A stretch of DNA of 64,000 nt from a virus (IMGVR_UViG_3300028805_002025:177682-241681); one strand, 5' to 3'; shown: positions 39,793 through 49,792, counted from the stretch's first letter. The notes: generated from the letters alone by a model not told the origin. A program made the numbers and translations.

Positions 39793-40041
39793 CTAATCAT
39801 CTTGTCCGTGAAATTTGTAACCAAGTTTTTTTGCTCTATTTTTGCCACCATTTGGGTAATATCCGTGCATTGGACTTACTTCTTTTTTATCGTGGTCAAT
39901 TACATAGTTTGTATAACCATCTTTGCCAGTTACAAACTCAAGATTTCCATCTCTTCTGTTCTCATTCAGTATCCTATTCACGCACTCCTTCACAATTCTG
40001 TGAAGGTCTTGTTCTGTTAATCTAATCAATTTTTTATTCAT
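39793..40041 (-). CDS. Small protein with putative capsid-targeting leader
   Basis: MNKKLIRLTEQDLHRIVKECVNRILNE; ATATTTAT at 40075-40082. Confidence 0.75.
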   Translation of the reverse strand: MNKKLIRLTEQDLHRIVKECVNRILNENRRDGNLEFVTGKDGYTNYVIDHDKKEVSPMHGYYPNGGKNRAKKLGYKFHGQDD

Positions 40042-40164
40042 ATTATAATATGTATTTATTTCGTTATTTTAATAATAAATATCAGCAATTTTTCGCCCAT
40101 ATGTAAGTCTATTAGATTTGTTTGTAAGTGGCTTGAAATTAAGGTTGAACTGATGGCGGTTTAA

Positions 40165-40593
40165 TCATCTTTTATTCAATCCAACAACATCTATGACAAA
40201 ACTCTTAAGACTGTTATATGCGTCAAAAAGATATTGTTTATTGCCATATTCTGTTCTCCCCATTATTTCTTTAATTGTCTCAGCCATTTTATTTAACGTT
40301 TTAATATCTTTATAATCTATATTATCAGGCATATTATATAGTCTTTCATTTAATACTCCATTTACAGACTCTTTTACTATCTGATGTAAGTCTTGTTCTG
40401 TTAATCTTATAATATTTTCCTCAACCTTCTCTGGGAGTCCCTTGTGTTTTGTTTCCGCAAAATCCTTTACATCATCCATTGACATCCCCTTTGCAGCTTT
40501 CTTTATCTTGCTGCTTGGATTCTTCATTTCACCCTTCTTGTATGCATCCACCATACCGAAGAACCTCTGCTGTGCTTTACTTTTGCTTGGCAT
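40165..40593 (-). CDS. DUF3008-like domain, internal targeting motif and small cargo domain
   Basis: MPSKSKAQQRFFGMV...VKDFAETKHKGLPEKV, then IIRLTEQDLHQIVKESVNGVLNE. Confidence 0.75.
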   Translation of the reverse strand: MPSKSKAQQRFFGMVDAYKKGEMKNPSSKIKKAAKGMSMDDVKDFAETKHKGLPEKVEENIIRLTEQDLHQIVKESVNGVLNERLYNMPDNIDYKDIKTLNKMAETIKEIMGRTEYGNKQYLFDAYNSLKSFVIDVVGLNKR

Positions 40594-40624
40594 ATTAATC
40601 TATTATTTTTATATTTGTAATTAT

Positions 40625-41557
40625 TTACCTTATAACTTCACCAGTAAGTTGTTCAACTTTTTCTATTGGCATATATCCAACTTCTTGCAACGGCTTAAAT
40701 ACTTCACTGAATGGTTTTCCAAGCAATTCGCTTATTTCAGATTCATCAAGTGCAAAATCGACAAATTTATCCTTACTAAAAGTTGCATCATGATTCCACC
40801 TCACGTTGCAGGTATCAAGGTCTCCATTTTCATCAACGATTACGAAAATCATACTCAAACCATAATCATCATAAGCATTCTTGTCGTTATAGTGGAAATA
40901 AATACTCTCGACCATATCCCAATTTTCATTGAGCATTATATACATAGCATTCATACCATCGCAAGTATAATTATTCCACGTGTCAAGACTCCTTGTGTAA
41001 CAAATCACATCACCAGTATCGTGACTATCGGTATACATACCGAAATATTGGGCAACCTCGAAGGTCACAGGTCCGATAACCGTGTAATTACCCTTACTAT
41101 ATGTTGACTCATTGTTGGTAGTACCATTTTTCCTGGTGTATTCATTGTCAACAAAGTTACTAAACGACTCACCATCGACGAGAGTATTCTTGAGTTCAGA
41201 CACATAGTTCAGCATCGCCAGTCTTCCATTATTTGCTTCAATGGTCTTACACTTCGTATGTATGTACTGAATCATCTTCCTAATGTTGAACCCAACGGTG
41301 TTGTTTGAAAACGCACCGATTTCAGCAGCAATGACATAGAAATTAGGCTCTAGGACAATAAACCAGTCATCATTAACACCCTCATAGCCGAAATAATACC
41401 TTTTAAACCTCTGCTGCATTTGTACAACAGTGTTGTTGACAGGAACACCTAGACGTTGTGCTATTACCTCCTGTGTGTGTCTGTCAGCTCTTCTGCTATT
41501 TGTACTCTCAGTCAAAAATATCTTCTTGAAACTGTTCTCCATCAAATGTATTATCAT
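40625..41557 (-). CDS. Hypothetical protein with targeting-like leader
   Basis: MIIHLMENSFKKIFLTE start; ICYT...YDDYGLSMIFVIVD...RWNH C-terminal domain. Confidence 0.7.
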   Translation of the reverse strand: MIIHLMENSFKKIFLTESTNSRRADRHTQEVIAQRLGVPVNNTVVQMQQRFKRYYFGYEGVNDDWFIVLEPNFYVIAAEIGAFSNNTVGFNIRKMIQYIHTKCKTIEANNGRLAMLNYVSELKNTLVDGESFSNFVDNEYTRKNGTTNNESTYSKGNYTVIGPVTFEVAQYFGMYTDSHDTGDVICYTRSLDTWNNYTCDGMNAMYIMLNENWDMVESIYFHYNDKNAYDDYGLSMIFVIVDENGDLDTCNVRWNHDATFSKDKFVDFALDESEISELLGKPFSEVFKPLQEVGYMPIEKVEQLTGEVIR

Positions 41558-43535
41558 TCTTTTGTTTATGTCTTTCTACCTCATATTTGTAATTATTTTC
41601 GATTATCAACTTCTCCATAAAGCAGTTGTATATCCTAAAGTTGCTGATATATCCTATGAAGCTTCCAGCGAAGCTCTTCTCAAGAGGATAAACCCTTGTA
41701 GGGTTCAGCATGTAGTTAGGCTGTATCGTCTCTGCAAGACCCTGTGTTCCACCGCCAAGTGATATATTATAAGGTATACCCTCCTGTTTCTCATAAAGGT
41801 CATTAAGTGCCTTTAAGTCAAGTGATGGTAAATCCTGTGTAATGTAAACTAATTTTCCATTGACATAGAACATAATCTTCATCTTATCCAGGGTGAACAT
41901 CAGCCTAGCCATTACAGTAACCCACTCACAGTCTGGTATGACGTTTTCAAATGAATATCCCTCGATGATTCCAGTCTTGTCTCTGCCTTCCTTATTACAG
42001 TCTAATGTGAGCATCCTGTATCCTATCTCCCCCTTATCTGTTATTCTGAACGCCAGAGCGTTATTATAAAGGTCTCTGTAAGGATTGTAGTTGTTCGCTG
42101 ACTGATTCCTAAGGTCGTCTATATTTGACACCGTGTAGCCAGTTTTTGTCCTGTTCATGAGGATGAACAAGTTTCCAGTAAACTGGCTTCTCCTTCCATA
42201 ATACATGATTTGAGTACCTTCTATCCAATTCTTAATAGTCTTACCGTTCTTAGTGCGGTCAAAAATCATAAATTTGTTATCTGTGTAGAAGTAGTACTGG
42301 TTTGCTTCGAACAAGGAGAAGCCATTATCTGTATAGTAAACGAAGTCAGATATGTCAAGTTCTGCCTCAACATAGTCCATAGCTTCCTCCGCTGACATAA
42401 TATCACCAGTGTCAAATATGTAGTCCTCGCCAAACTCCGTACAACCCTTCAATGGATTAGGGTCGAACGGTTCTCTTGGCTTTGGTACTCTCTTATATGA
42501 TATAGGACATCCACAACCACGAAACCAAGGCTTGAGTATGAAGTCGTCATCACTAATCTCACCACAACACCATGTAAGCGTACTGTGACGTGCATTCTCA
42601 TCAATCACCTTAGGTTTCTTCTCAGTTTCAATCTCCAAGTAGTCGTACATGTCGTTCCAGTCGCAGTAATCATCTGCATACAGGTCGTCTGAGTAATAGT
42701 TGTAATTGGTATAGTCACCAAGCTCAAACGGGTCGTATCCATCGAAATCTATCATAGGGCTTGTGAACTCTCCAATGATGTAAGTCTTCTTGTTAATTTC
42801 ACCACCTTCAACGAACTCTTCCATACCAAGCTGGTAACATTCCTCAAGGTTATCTACATCATCCTTGTCATACTGGTATATCCACTTGTTCTCAGACCTT
42901 ACACCAATGTAGAAGAATATACCCTTATTCTCTGGATACTTATCATTCAGTGTCTTGGTAGACTCTGGTTCAAAATCACATTTCTTGAGAGTAAACTCGA
43001 AATACATGTCATCACCACTCTTAAATTTGGATGGTAGTATCCTGTATTTCTCGCACTCTGTCTCAAAAAAGCCCTGGAAGAAGCCGCCATTGAGTTTTGC
43101 TTGGCACTCCTCTATCTCATAAGGGTATTCATACTGTAGGGTATTACCGCTTACAGCATGAAGCTTGAGACGCATATCATTCTCTTCTATGTCAAACTTA
43201 TTCTTCTGGAATATATCAACAAAGTCCTTATTGGTAATCCTGTCCTTCCTAAACTGGAAGAGACCATTGTCAACACCTGTGTATGTTATATTGTGTAATG
43301 TATAACCACTTGCAACAGCCTTGTCCCAATAGTAGTCCTTCTTGCTGTAAACCCACTCCTTCATGTCGGTACAATCTGGGTCACAGAGGTCTATGTAAGA
43401 TATAAGGCAATCATCATACAACCCATTCAACTTGAATGAGCCGTAAGTATCCTTGTTAACAAAGAAATCCCAATATTCATCCTTGTTAATCCTAAGTTTT
43501 AGGTTATGATAGTTATTAACCTTTAAATTTGCCAT
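41508..43535 (-). CDS. Structural protein with split LamG/ConA-like domain
   Basis: FEFTL near the N-term; WVTV...FYVNGKL...ISLGGG...FIGYISNFRIYN near the C-term. Confidence 0.6.
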   Translation of the reverse strand: MANLKVNNYHNLKLRINKDEYWDFFVNKDTYGSFKLNGLYDDCLISYIDLCDPDCTDMKEWVYSKKDYYWDKAVASGYTLHNITYTGVDNGLFQFRKDRITNKDFVDIFQKNKFDIEENDMRLKLHAVSGNTLQYEYPYEIEECQAKLNGGFFQGFFETECEKYRILPSKFKSGDDMYFEFTLKKCDFEPESTKTLNDKYPENKGIFFYIGVRSENKWIYQYDKDDVDNLEECYQLGMEEFVEGGEINKKTYIIGEFTSPMIDFDGYDPFELGDYTNYNYYSDDLYADDYCDWNDMYDYLEIETEKKPKVIDENARHSTLTWCCGEISDDDFILKPWFRGCGCPISYKRVPKPREPFDPNPLKGCTEFGEDYIFDTGDIMSAEEAMDYVEAELDISDFVYYTDNGFSLFEANQYYFYTDNKFMIFDRTKNGKTIKNWIEGTQIMYYGRRSQFTGNLFILMNRTKTGYTVSNIDDLRNQSANNYNPYRDLYNNALAFRITDKGEIGYRMLTLDCNKEGRDKTGIIEGYSFENVIPDCEWVTVMARLMFTLDKMKIMFYVNGKLVYITQDLPSLDLKALNDLYEKQEGIPYNISLGGGTQGLAETIQPNYMLNPTRVYPLEKSFAGSFIGYISNFRIYNCFMEKLIIENNYKYEVERHKQKNDNTFDGEQFQEDIFD

Positions 43536-43560
43536 ACACTTGCTACATTATTTCTATCTT

Positions 43561-43572
43561 ATAAATATTTAT
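43561..43572. promoter_or_regulatory. Bidirectional late promoter palindrome ATAAATATTTAT
   Basis: Perfect palindrome between divergent starts 43535 (minus) and 43593 (plus). Confidence 0.7.
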
Positions 43573-43592
43573 TGGAAATAAAACCAGACAGT

Positions 43593-44561
43593 ATGAAGGT
43601 GATTAAATTAAACGAATCCCAATATAACATTCTATTTGAAAACATCAAATCTAGAAATATTCATATAAATGAATCATCAGACGATGAATATTCAAAATTT
43701 TATGATTATCTTGAAGATTATGATGAATATTATGTTTTACATGAATTCTTCTTTAATAATAAAGGAAAACAAGATTGGGGTATATTAATTAATCCTAATA
43801 TGTATGCAAAAGCATTACGTGAATTCACAAAATATGGCAAACTGATTAATTTCCCTTCAAAATATGTTTATCAGTGGATGGGAATCATTATGAAGAACAC
43901 AGCTATACTAGCGTCAAACACGAATCTTGCTGGACATTCTGGTTATTTCCCAGGAGATTTGGTTGCTGAACTTGCTGCATCAATTGATGGTATTGCGATT
44001 GGGGAAAATTATGAAGAAGGGGGTGGATGGCTTGAAGAAAAAGGATTTTACGATTGGACAGAGATGCCAGATGGAAGTGATGCTTTGAGCGACTACGGTA
44101 TTGAACCATTGGTGAAAATATTTAAAGAATACAATGAAAATTTACCTCCAGAAAAAGTTCTTGTATTAATTAATAGGGCATTAGATGTATATCATCAAAG
44201 AGGTGATATGGCTTCAATATTCATCCAAGGTGGTAGCAAAGTACTTTCTAAGATTTCTGAAAATGTTAAAAGAAGCATTATAAAAGCACGTATAAATGAA
44301 ATAAAGAAAAATATTATGAAGGTAATTAAATTAAACGAATCTCAATATAAGAGGCTGTTTGAAGACATTGAATTCTATGGTGAGGAAAACCCATCTTCTA
44401 TACCAGACGAACAAACACATGACCAGACATGGGTTACTTCAACTATGGATAAAGGTGATGAAGGTAAAGAAAAGGGTATTCCACCAGGAGTACTTGGAAA
44501 AGACCCACATAATGATTTTAGTCCTAACGACAGATACGGTACTTTTAGAAACGCAAGATAA
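43593..44561 (+). CDS. Protein with two copies of a targeting-like leader flanking a cargo domain
   Basis: MKVIKLNESQY..LFE at 43593 and again at 44316; ATG at 43593 is preferred over TTG at 43572. Confidence 0.7.
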   Translation: MKVIKLNESQYNILFENIKSRNIHINESSDDEYSKFYDYLEDYDEYYVLHEFFFNNKGKQDWGILINPNMYAKALREFTKYGKLINFPSKYVYQWMGIIMKNTAILASNTNLAGHSGYFPGDLVAELAASIDGIAIGENYEEGGGWLEEKGFYDWTEMPDGSDALSDYGIEPLVKIFKEYNENLPPEKVLVLINRALDVYHQRGDMASIFIQGGSKVLSKISENVKRSIIKARINEIKKNIMKVIKLNESQYKRLFEDIEFYGEENPSSIPDEQTHDQTWVTSTMDKGDEGKEKGIPPGVLGKDPHNDFSPNDRYGTFRNAR

Positions 44562-45118
44562 TGGCTATTATTTTAGAGTTCGATAAAAAGGTAGGTAACA
44601 AAGGTATGAACGTACCATTGAAGTTACAACAGGATTCCAGTACATTGCTAAATGCACTGGATAATGCTGGTGTACCTAAGCAGAACCTTAAGAACTTAAG
44701 GAGTCTTGCAGCTACAAAGACATATAACAAAAAGAAGCCTGGAAGCAAGAATGATAAAGAACAAGCTGGAACAAACTACATAACTGCTGATGTTGCTAAA
44801 AAAAGAAAGCAGAGATGGCCAGACAATCCTACAATGGCTAAACTACAGGGTGGTAAAAAAGCGTTGGACTTCTATACCAAGGTCGTACAGATGGCTAGTA
44901 GACAACAGGAGGTTTCACCAGTTGAACCACCAAAACCAACAGCACAAAAGGCTTCAAAACCAGAGATTCCAAAGGCAAAGGAAATTCCAATGCCAAACGG
45001 CAAGATAAAACTGACAGCTTCAGTTGAGCCTAAAAAGGTTATGAGTGAAGGAAAGAAAGTTTACATAACAGAAGAACAAGTTCTAAAAATTAAAGATTAT
45101 GGCAAAGAGTCCAATTGA
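44561..45118 (+). CDS. Basic hypothetical protein
   Basis: Coupled to the upstream stop; C-term KKVYITEEQV resembles the targeting motif. Confidence 0.7.
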   Translation: MAIILEFDKKVGNKGMNVPLKLQQDSSTLLNALDNAGVPKQNLKNLRSLAATKTYNKKKPGSKNDKEQAGTNYITADVAKKRKQRWPDNPTMAKLQGGKKALDFYTKVVQMASRQQEVSPVEPPKPTAQKASKPEIPKAKEIPMPNGKIKLTASVEPKKVMSEGKKVYITEEQVLKIKDYGKESN

Positions 45119-45665
45119 AAGAACATTAGATAGGATAGGAAACGTTGTGCAGGATATTTTCACAGGTCCTTCAGAACCACCTGTTGTTAAGTCAATGAAT
45201 GGCAGTACTACAGGTCAAACGTGCCTTGAGAAGGTTGGTATGGAAGCAAGAAAGACCCACCTCATGAGGAATGAGTGGAGAAAAGACCTTGAGTATTCCA
45301 AGCCTCTTGTTCTTGCTGAATATGAAATACAGACTGAGTTTAAGGTTTCAACTGCTGACGACGATGTTGCAACACAATTGATGAATACCCAGCAGAAGGA
45401 GCGTGAAAAAGAATTAAAAGCCCAAGAGAAAGCTAAGAAAAAAGCTGACAAAAAGGCTAAACAAGAAGCTAAAAAACAAACGCAAGTAGCTGGTGTTCCA
45501 GAGGATGCTCAACCTGCTGGTGCTAACACCAAGACAGAACCTGCTGAAACCACCATACAACCAGAGAGACAGACACTTACTCAAGTGGTAAACTCACAGG
45601 CTAAGCAGAATTACATACCTAACATAGGAAACGAAATGTTTATACATGGTTTCGGTAGGGTGTAA
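45099..45665 (+). CDS. Hypothetical protein
   Basis: Overlaps the upstream gene; GQTCLEK motif shared with the next gene. Confidence 0.7.
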   Translation: MAKSPIERTLDRIGNVVQDIFTGPSEPPVVKSMNGSTTGQTCLEKVGMEARKTHLMRNEWRKDLEYSKPLVLAEYEIQTEFKVSTADDDVATQLMNTQQKEREKELKAQEKAKKKADKKAKQEAKKQTQVAGVPEDAQPAGANTKTEPAETTIQPERQTLTQVVNSQAKQNYIPNIGNEMFIHGFGRV

Positions 45666-45722
45666 AAAACAGATGATAACTATTTATTATTAAAATAAAA
45701 TATTTAAAATTTATAGAGAATT

Positions 45723-46151
45723 ATGGCAAATACTATTCCAAACGGACAGACATGTCTTGAGAAGAGAGGTATGGAGGAGAGACACCAGGAGATTACTCGT
45801 AGTGACTATAACATCGAGAATCAGTATGGTGCAACACATAAGGACGCTACCAGCGACGGTGACGCACAGGGTAAGGGAACAGGACACGGTGGACACACCC
45901 ACTTCCTCCCAGACTGCACGAAGCCAACCAACATGATTAACTACAGCAACTTCGACACTGAAAACGGTGGTGGTTGCTATGATATCAAGGGTAGAAACGG
46001 TATCAGCGGACGTGAGAGAGCATTGGCTATCTCAATGTACAACAAGGAGAACCCTTATGGTGCAAACCTTGTAGATACAAGTGCAAACGTAGCTGACGGA
46101 CAGTACTATGTTGGACAGCAGCTCGGTAGTCCTAATTCAAACTGCGGATAA
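45723..46151 (+). CDS. Hypothetical, likely virion, protein
   Basis: CTATTTAT upstream (45680-45687); GQTCLEK motif; Gly/Asn-rich. Confidence 0.75.
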   Translation: MANTIPNGQTCLEKRGMEERHQEITRSDYNIENQYGATHKDATSDGDAQGKGTGHGGHTHFLPDCTKPTNMINYSNFDTENGGGCYDIKGRNGISGRERALAISMYNKENPYGANLVDTSANVADGQYYVGQQLGSPNSNCG

Positions 46152-46163
46152 TAGAACTAACCG

Positions 46164-46991
46164 ATGAATCACATTGACCTGTCTTTATCCAACATCCTGG
46201 AGTCAATGAGGCTTAACGAAGATTCAAACCTAGCTGACTTCAGAGATAATAAGGATAAAATAAACTATGCCATCGACAACAGGCTGATGATATCACTGTA
46301 CTATGACGATGGAAAAGGTGATAAAGGGAGAAAACCAGCCTACGGAAACCCAAGAGGATTCCGTAGGATAATTCCTTATTGTCTTGGAAGTAGGAAGGGC
46401 AGGTTGGCATTGAGAGGCTTTCACGCATGGAAAACCCATACAAAGAAAGGACCATTCAAGTGGAAGTTCTTTTATCTTGATAGAATGAGTAATGTTAGGG
46501 TATACAAGAACATGCCTATACCTTACATTCCAGAACTTGCAAACCCAGATGGCGACTCGCATATGGATGAGATTATAAATATGATTGGTATGCAGAAGTT
46601 CCAAAGTCCACTCGACAGAGAGAAACAGACTACACAGGACTTGAAAAATACTACGTCATCAGAGCTTAACAAGCAGGGTGCTATAAAGCAGCTCAACAAG
46701 GGTGGTCTTAAATCTCTTCAGAATCTTAAACCAATACCTTCAAAGACAAAGAAGGTACAGTATAACTTCCAGAATACTGCCAAGAACCTACAGGACTTCG
46801 AGAAGCAGAACACTGAAATGAACAGAGATAGAAGGTGGGCTGACTACGATAAGGCTGAAAGAGAAAGACAAGAACAGGTAAAACAAGCTGAAGCACCTAA
46901 CCCTCCAACCAGTAATTCTGGACCTGTCAGCCAAAATGATATGGAAGGTTACGAACAAAACATGAATAATAATAACAAAGAAAATAGATAA
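46164..46991 (+). CDS. WYL-domain-like protein with low-complexity tail
   Basis: AIDNRLMISLYY...RRIIPYCLG...LRGF...WKFFYLDRM fits the WYL pattern. Confidence 0.65.
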   Translation: MNHIDLSLSNILESMRLNEDSNLADFRDNKDKINYAIDNRLMISLYYDDGKGDKGRKPAYGNPRGFRRIIPYCLGSRKGRLALRGFHAWKTHTKKGPFKWKFFYLDRMSNVRVYKNMPIPYIPELANPDGDSHMDEIINMIGMQKFQSPLDREKQTTQDLKNTTSSELNKQGAIKQLNKGGLKSLQNLKPIPSKTKKVQYNFQNTAKNLQDFEKQNTEMNRDRRWADYDKAERERQEQVKQAEAPNPPTSNSGPVSQNDMEGYEQNMNNNNKENR

Positions 46992-47000
46992 TCATTTAAT

Positions 47001-47636
47001 ATGACAATCCAGGAAGAAAGAGCAGCAAAGATTAAGGCTGCAAGAAATAAGTCCCTCAGACTGATGCAGATGGACGCAAACGGTACACTTGACAAGATTG
47101 CTGAGGGTAAGAAAGATAAGATAAACGAATCATTCACTGATGTTGAAATGGTATCTGGAGATATGATGCAAGCACCAAGGCAAAATATGGCTGCAAACAT
47201 AGCATCTGGAAGAATGAGTGTAGCAGCAGGAAACGTACCTTCAATTATTAGGGAGTCATTCCAATCACAACCACCTCTCGCACAGCAGGAAGTAACCAGC
47301 TCAGTACTTGATGGTATGTTCGGTGACTTACTCCAGGAGAGACAGAAACCACAACATGTTATTACTGAGACTGTGCAACAGCCACAGCAGGTAGTACAAC
47401 AGTATCCATCACAGATTGACTACCCTATGATTAGAACAATCGTAGAGGAAATTGTAAGAAAATATACATCATCACTCAGTAAGAAGATGATTAATGAAGG
47501 TAAGGGTAGTGAAGTAAATACAATAAGCCTTGGTAAATCATTCAAGTTCCTTGCTAACAATGGTGACATTTATGAGTGCTCTATGAGAAAAGTTTCTAAT
47601 ATTAATGATGTTAAGAAAAAAGGTTCAATCACGTGA
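47001..47636 (+). CDS. Hypothetical protein, possibly head/scaffold-associated
   Basis: 211 aa ORF in a late operon; several I/L-x-E sites (KINE, IIRE, VITE, MINE). Confidence 0.7.
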   Translation: MTIQEERAAKIKAARNKSLRLMQMDANGTLDKIAEGKKDKINESFTDVEMVSGDMMQAPRQNMAANIASGRMSVAAGNVPSIIRESFQSQPPLAQQEVTSSVLDGMFGDLLQERQKPQHVITETVQQPQQVVQQYPSQIDYPMIRTIVEEIVRKYTSSLSKKMINEGKGSEVNTISLGKSFKFLANNGDIYECSMRKVSNINDVKKKGSIT

Positions 47637-47648
47637 TTGAACCTTTTA
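47616..47648. terminator. Bidirectional terminator
   Basis: AAAAGGTTCAATCACGTGATTGAACCTTTT perfect palindrome. Confidence 0.75.
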
Positions 47649-47742
47649 TTATTTTATATATTTTATTAACTATAAATATTTGTTTCTTATCATATGCCTT
47701 TTATCTTTTAAACAGAAGAAATAATTTTTTAATATATTAAAA

Positions 47743-48960
47743 ATGGATAAGAAAATCAAAATGTTAGTGATTCCTTCCGACAGAACTGGTGTCGGAAAGT
47801 TTCGTTCAGTAGACCCACACGTTTATATCGGAGAACATTACAGTGATGAATTCGATGTGGATATTGTCTATAATATGCCTAACGGAGACCTTGAGGCATT
47901 TCTAAGGCAATATGACTTGATACACATCCATAAACAGCTAGATAAACAGTGCAAGATTATGGATATGATTAAGTTCCTGGGCATTCCAGTCATTATAGAT
48001 ATTGATGACCACTTCAAGCTTGGTGACGACCACCCAATGTCACTTACCGCAAAGAAGGAGAAGTGGCACGAGCCAATCATAGAACACCTTAAGAAAGCTG
48101 ACTATGTAACCACTACCACAGACATCTTTGCCAAGGTCATCAAGAAATATAATCCGAATGTGAAGGTATTCCCTAATGCAATCAACCCAGAAGAGCCACA
48201 GTACGCTGTTCCAAAGACAGAGGGCGATGGTAGGCTGAGAGTTGGTATCATTTGCGGTTCTTCACACTTAAAAGACCTTCAGTTGTTGAATGGTATTGCA
48301 AAGCAGGTTGATAAGTCAAAGGTACAGTTTGTACTCTGTGGCTTTGACACCAGGGGTAACAGAACCATCTACAACCAGGATACTGGAGAGAAAACGACCA
48401 GGCCAATTCTTCCACAGGAGAGTGTATGGTGTGATTATGAAAAAATCTTTACAGATGATTATAAGACAGTATCACCAGAGCATAAGGAGTTCCTTATGAA
48501 GTACATTGCAAATGTTGATGACCCATTCACCAATGAACCTTATCGTAGAATGTGGACTAGGGACATCAATAACTATGCCACGCACTACGCTAACGTGGAC
48601 GTGCTTATTGCTCCACTGAAGGAGAACGAATTTAATGGCGTTAAGTCAGAGCTTAAGGAGATTGAGTGTGGATTCACACACACTGCATTCATTGCACAGA
48701 ACTTCGGTGCTTATACCATCAACTTGATTCCTATGATTGAGAAGGGTGGAAAGATTAACGAGAACGGCACAGCACTGCTTGTAGACCCACGAAAGAACCA
48801 TAAGGACTGGGCTAAGTATATTAACAAGCTTGCAAACGACAGAGAGATGCTTAAGAAGCTCCAGGACAACCTATATAACTTCGTGAAGGACAGATACTCA
48901 CTTGAGATGATTTGTAAGCAGAGAGTTGAGTTCTACAAGAGTCTTGTGAATAAAGAATAA
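47743..48960 (+). CDS. Glycosyltransferase (GT-B fold)
   Basis: IIDIDD, ADYVTTTT, FPNAI, DVLIAPL..NEFN..KSELK..E motifs; near-consensus early promoter at 47679-47709. Confidence 0.85.
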   Translation: MDKKIKMLVIPSDRTGVGKFRSVDPHVYIGEHYSDEFDVDIVYNMPNGDLEAFLRQYDLIHIHKQLDKQCKIMDMIKFLGIPVIIDIDDHFKLGDDHPMSLTAKKEKWHEPIIEHLKKADYVTTTTDIFAKVIKKYNPNVKVFPNAINPEEPQYAVPKTEGDGRLRVGIICGSSHLKDLQLLNGIAKQVDKSKVQFVLCGFDTRGNRTIYNQDTGEKTTRPILPQESVWCDYEKIFTDDYKTVSPEHKEFLMKYIANVDDPFTNEPYRRMWTRDINNYATHYANVDVLIAPLKENEFNGVKSELKEIECGFTHTAFIAQNFGAYTINLIPMIEKGGKINENGTALLVDPRKNHKDWAKYINKLANDREMLKKLQDNLYNFVKDRYSLEMICKQRVEFYKSLVNKE

Positions 48961-48999
48961 AAAAATAAGGAGATAGATTGGTTTCTATCCCCTTTTTTT
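48959..48999. terminator. Bidirectional terminator
   Basis: AAGGAGATAGA / TCTATCCCCTT between convergent genes. Confidence 0.7.
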
Positions 49000-49792
49000 A
49001 TTTATACTTTGTGGTTATTCCTAATTCATTATGACTCATGTCTACTGGTAATCTGTCATCATTTGTTCCGCTTCCAAGATTGTCTCCCCACTTATACCTT
49101 ATTAACTCAGCACAATCTCTAAGCTTGCTTGTAATCTTGTGTATATCCCTTGGTTTACCACTGTATATAACAAGACTGCTAAGACCATGTGATGTCATGT
49201 AGCCGTTAATCACACTAGGCTTCATTCCACCTGGTAACGGTACATCGTTTGCCTTTGCAAGCTTCTGTAGCGTCTGACATTTATTGTACAAAGCCGTGAA
49301 TACGTCAGCAAGTTCCTCAAGTGGTTTAGGTAAGTCCTTAATTCTGTACAGTACGCCACTTCTATCACCCTGTCTAGCCCAGTTTTCAATATCACTGGTA
49401 AGTTTGCTAACCTCCCTGTATTTAGTGTGGAATGGAGTAAGTGTGCTTTCGAAAAAGTTCCAAAAAGCATTAGCATTATTCTTTCCATACATACCACATA
49501 CATTCTTGTTAAAACTGAGAATGTTTTTAAGTGCCTGGCAATCCCATTCGTTCCTAAGAACCCTTCCAATCTGGTTAGGTGTCTCGGCATCATCAAGACT
49601 CTTCACCACCTTTCTCTTCCTAGGTGTTGCCTCTTCTGGTGGAGGTCCACCAGGGCCGTATTTCTTAATCCTCTTCTGCTTTGTAGTACCTCCATACAAG
49701 TTAGCCCAAGCCTCATTAGGGTCTACTAGTCTAGCTTCTGAGAGTACAAAATTGTCTATGGATTCCTTTATTATTTTATTAATCTTATCCAT
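48998..49792 (-). CDS. Hypothetical protein with targeting-like leader
   Basis: MDKINKIIKESIDNFVLSE start. Confidence 0.7.
   Translation of the reverse strand: MDKINKIIKESIDNFVLSEARLVDPNEAWANLYGGTTKQKRIKKYGPGGPPPEEATPRKRKVVKSLDDAETPNQIGRVLRNEWDCQALKNILSFNKNVCGMYGKNNANAFWNFFESTLTPFHTKYREVSKLTSDIENWARQGDRSGVLYRIKDLPKPLEELADVFTALYNKCQTLQKLAKANDVPLPGGMKPSVINGYMTSHGLSSLVIYSGKPRDIHKITSKLRDCAELIRYKWGDNLGSGTNDDRLPVDMSHNELGITTKYK

Noticed and set aside
47672-47679. Orphan minus-strand late element
   Set aside because: Points into a terminator about 25 nt away with no ORF; may be chance or a relic
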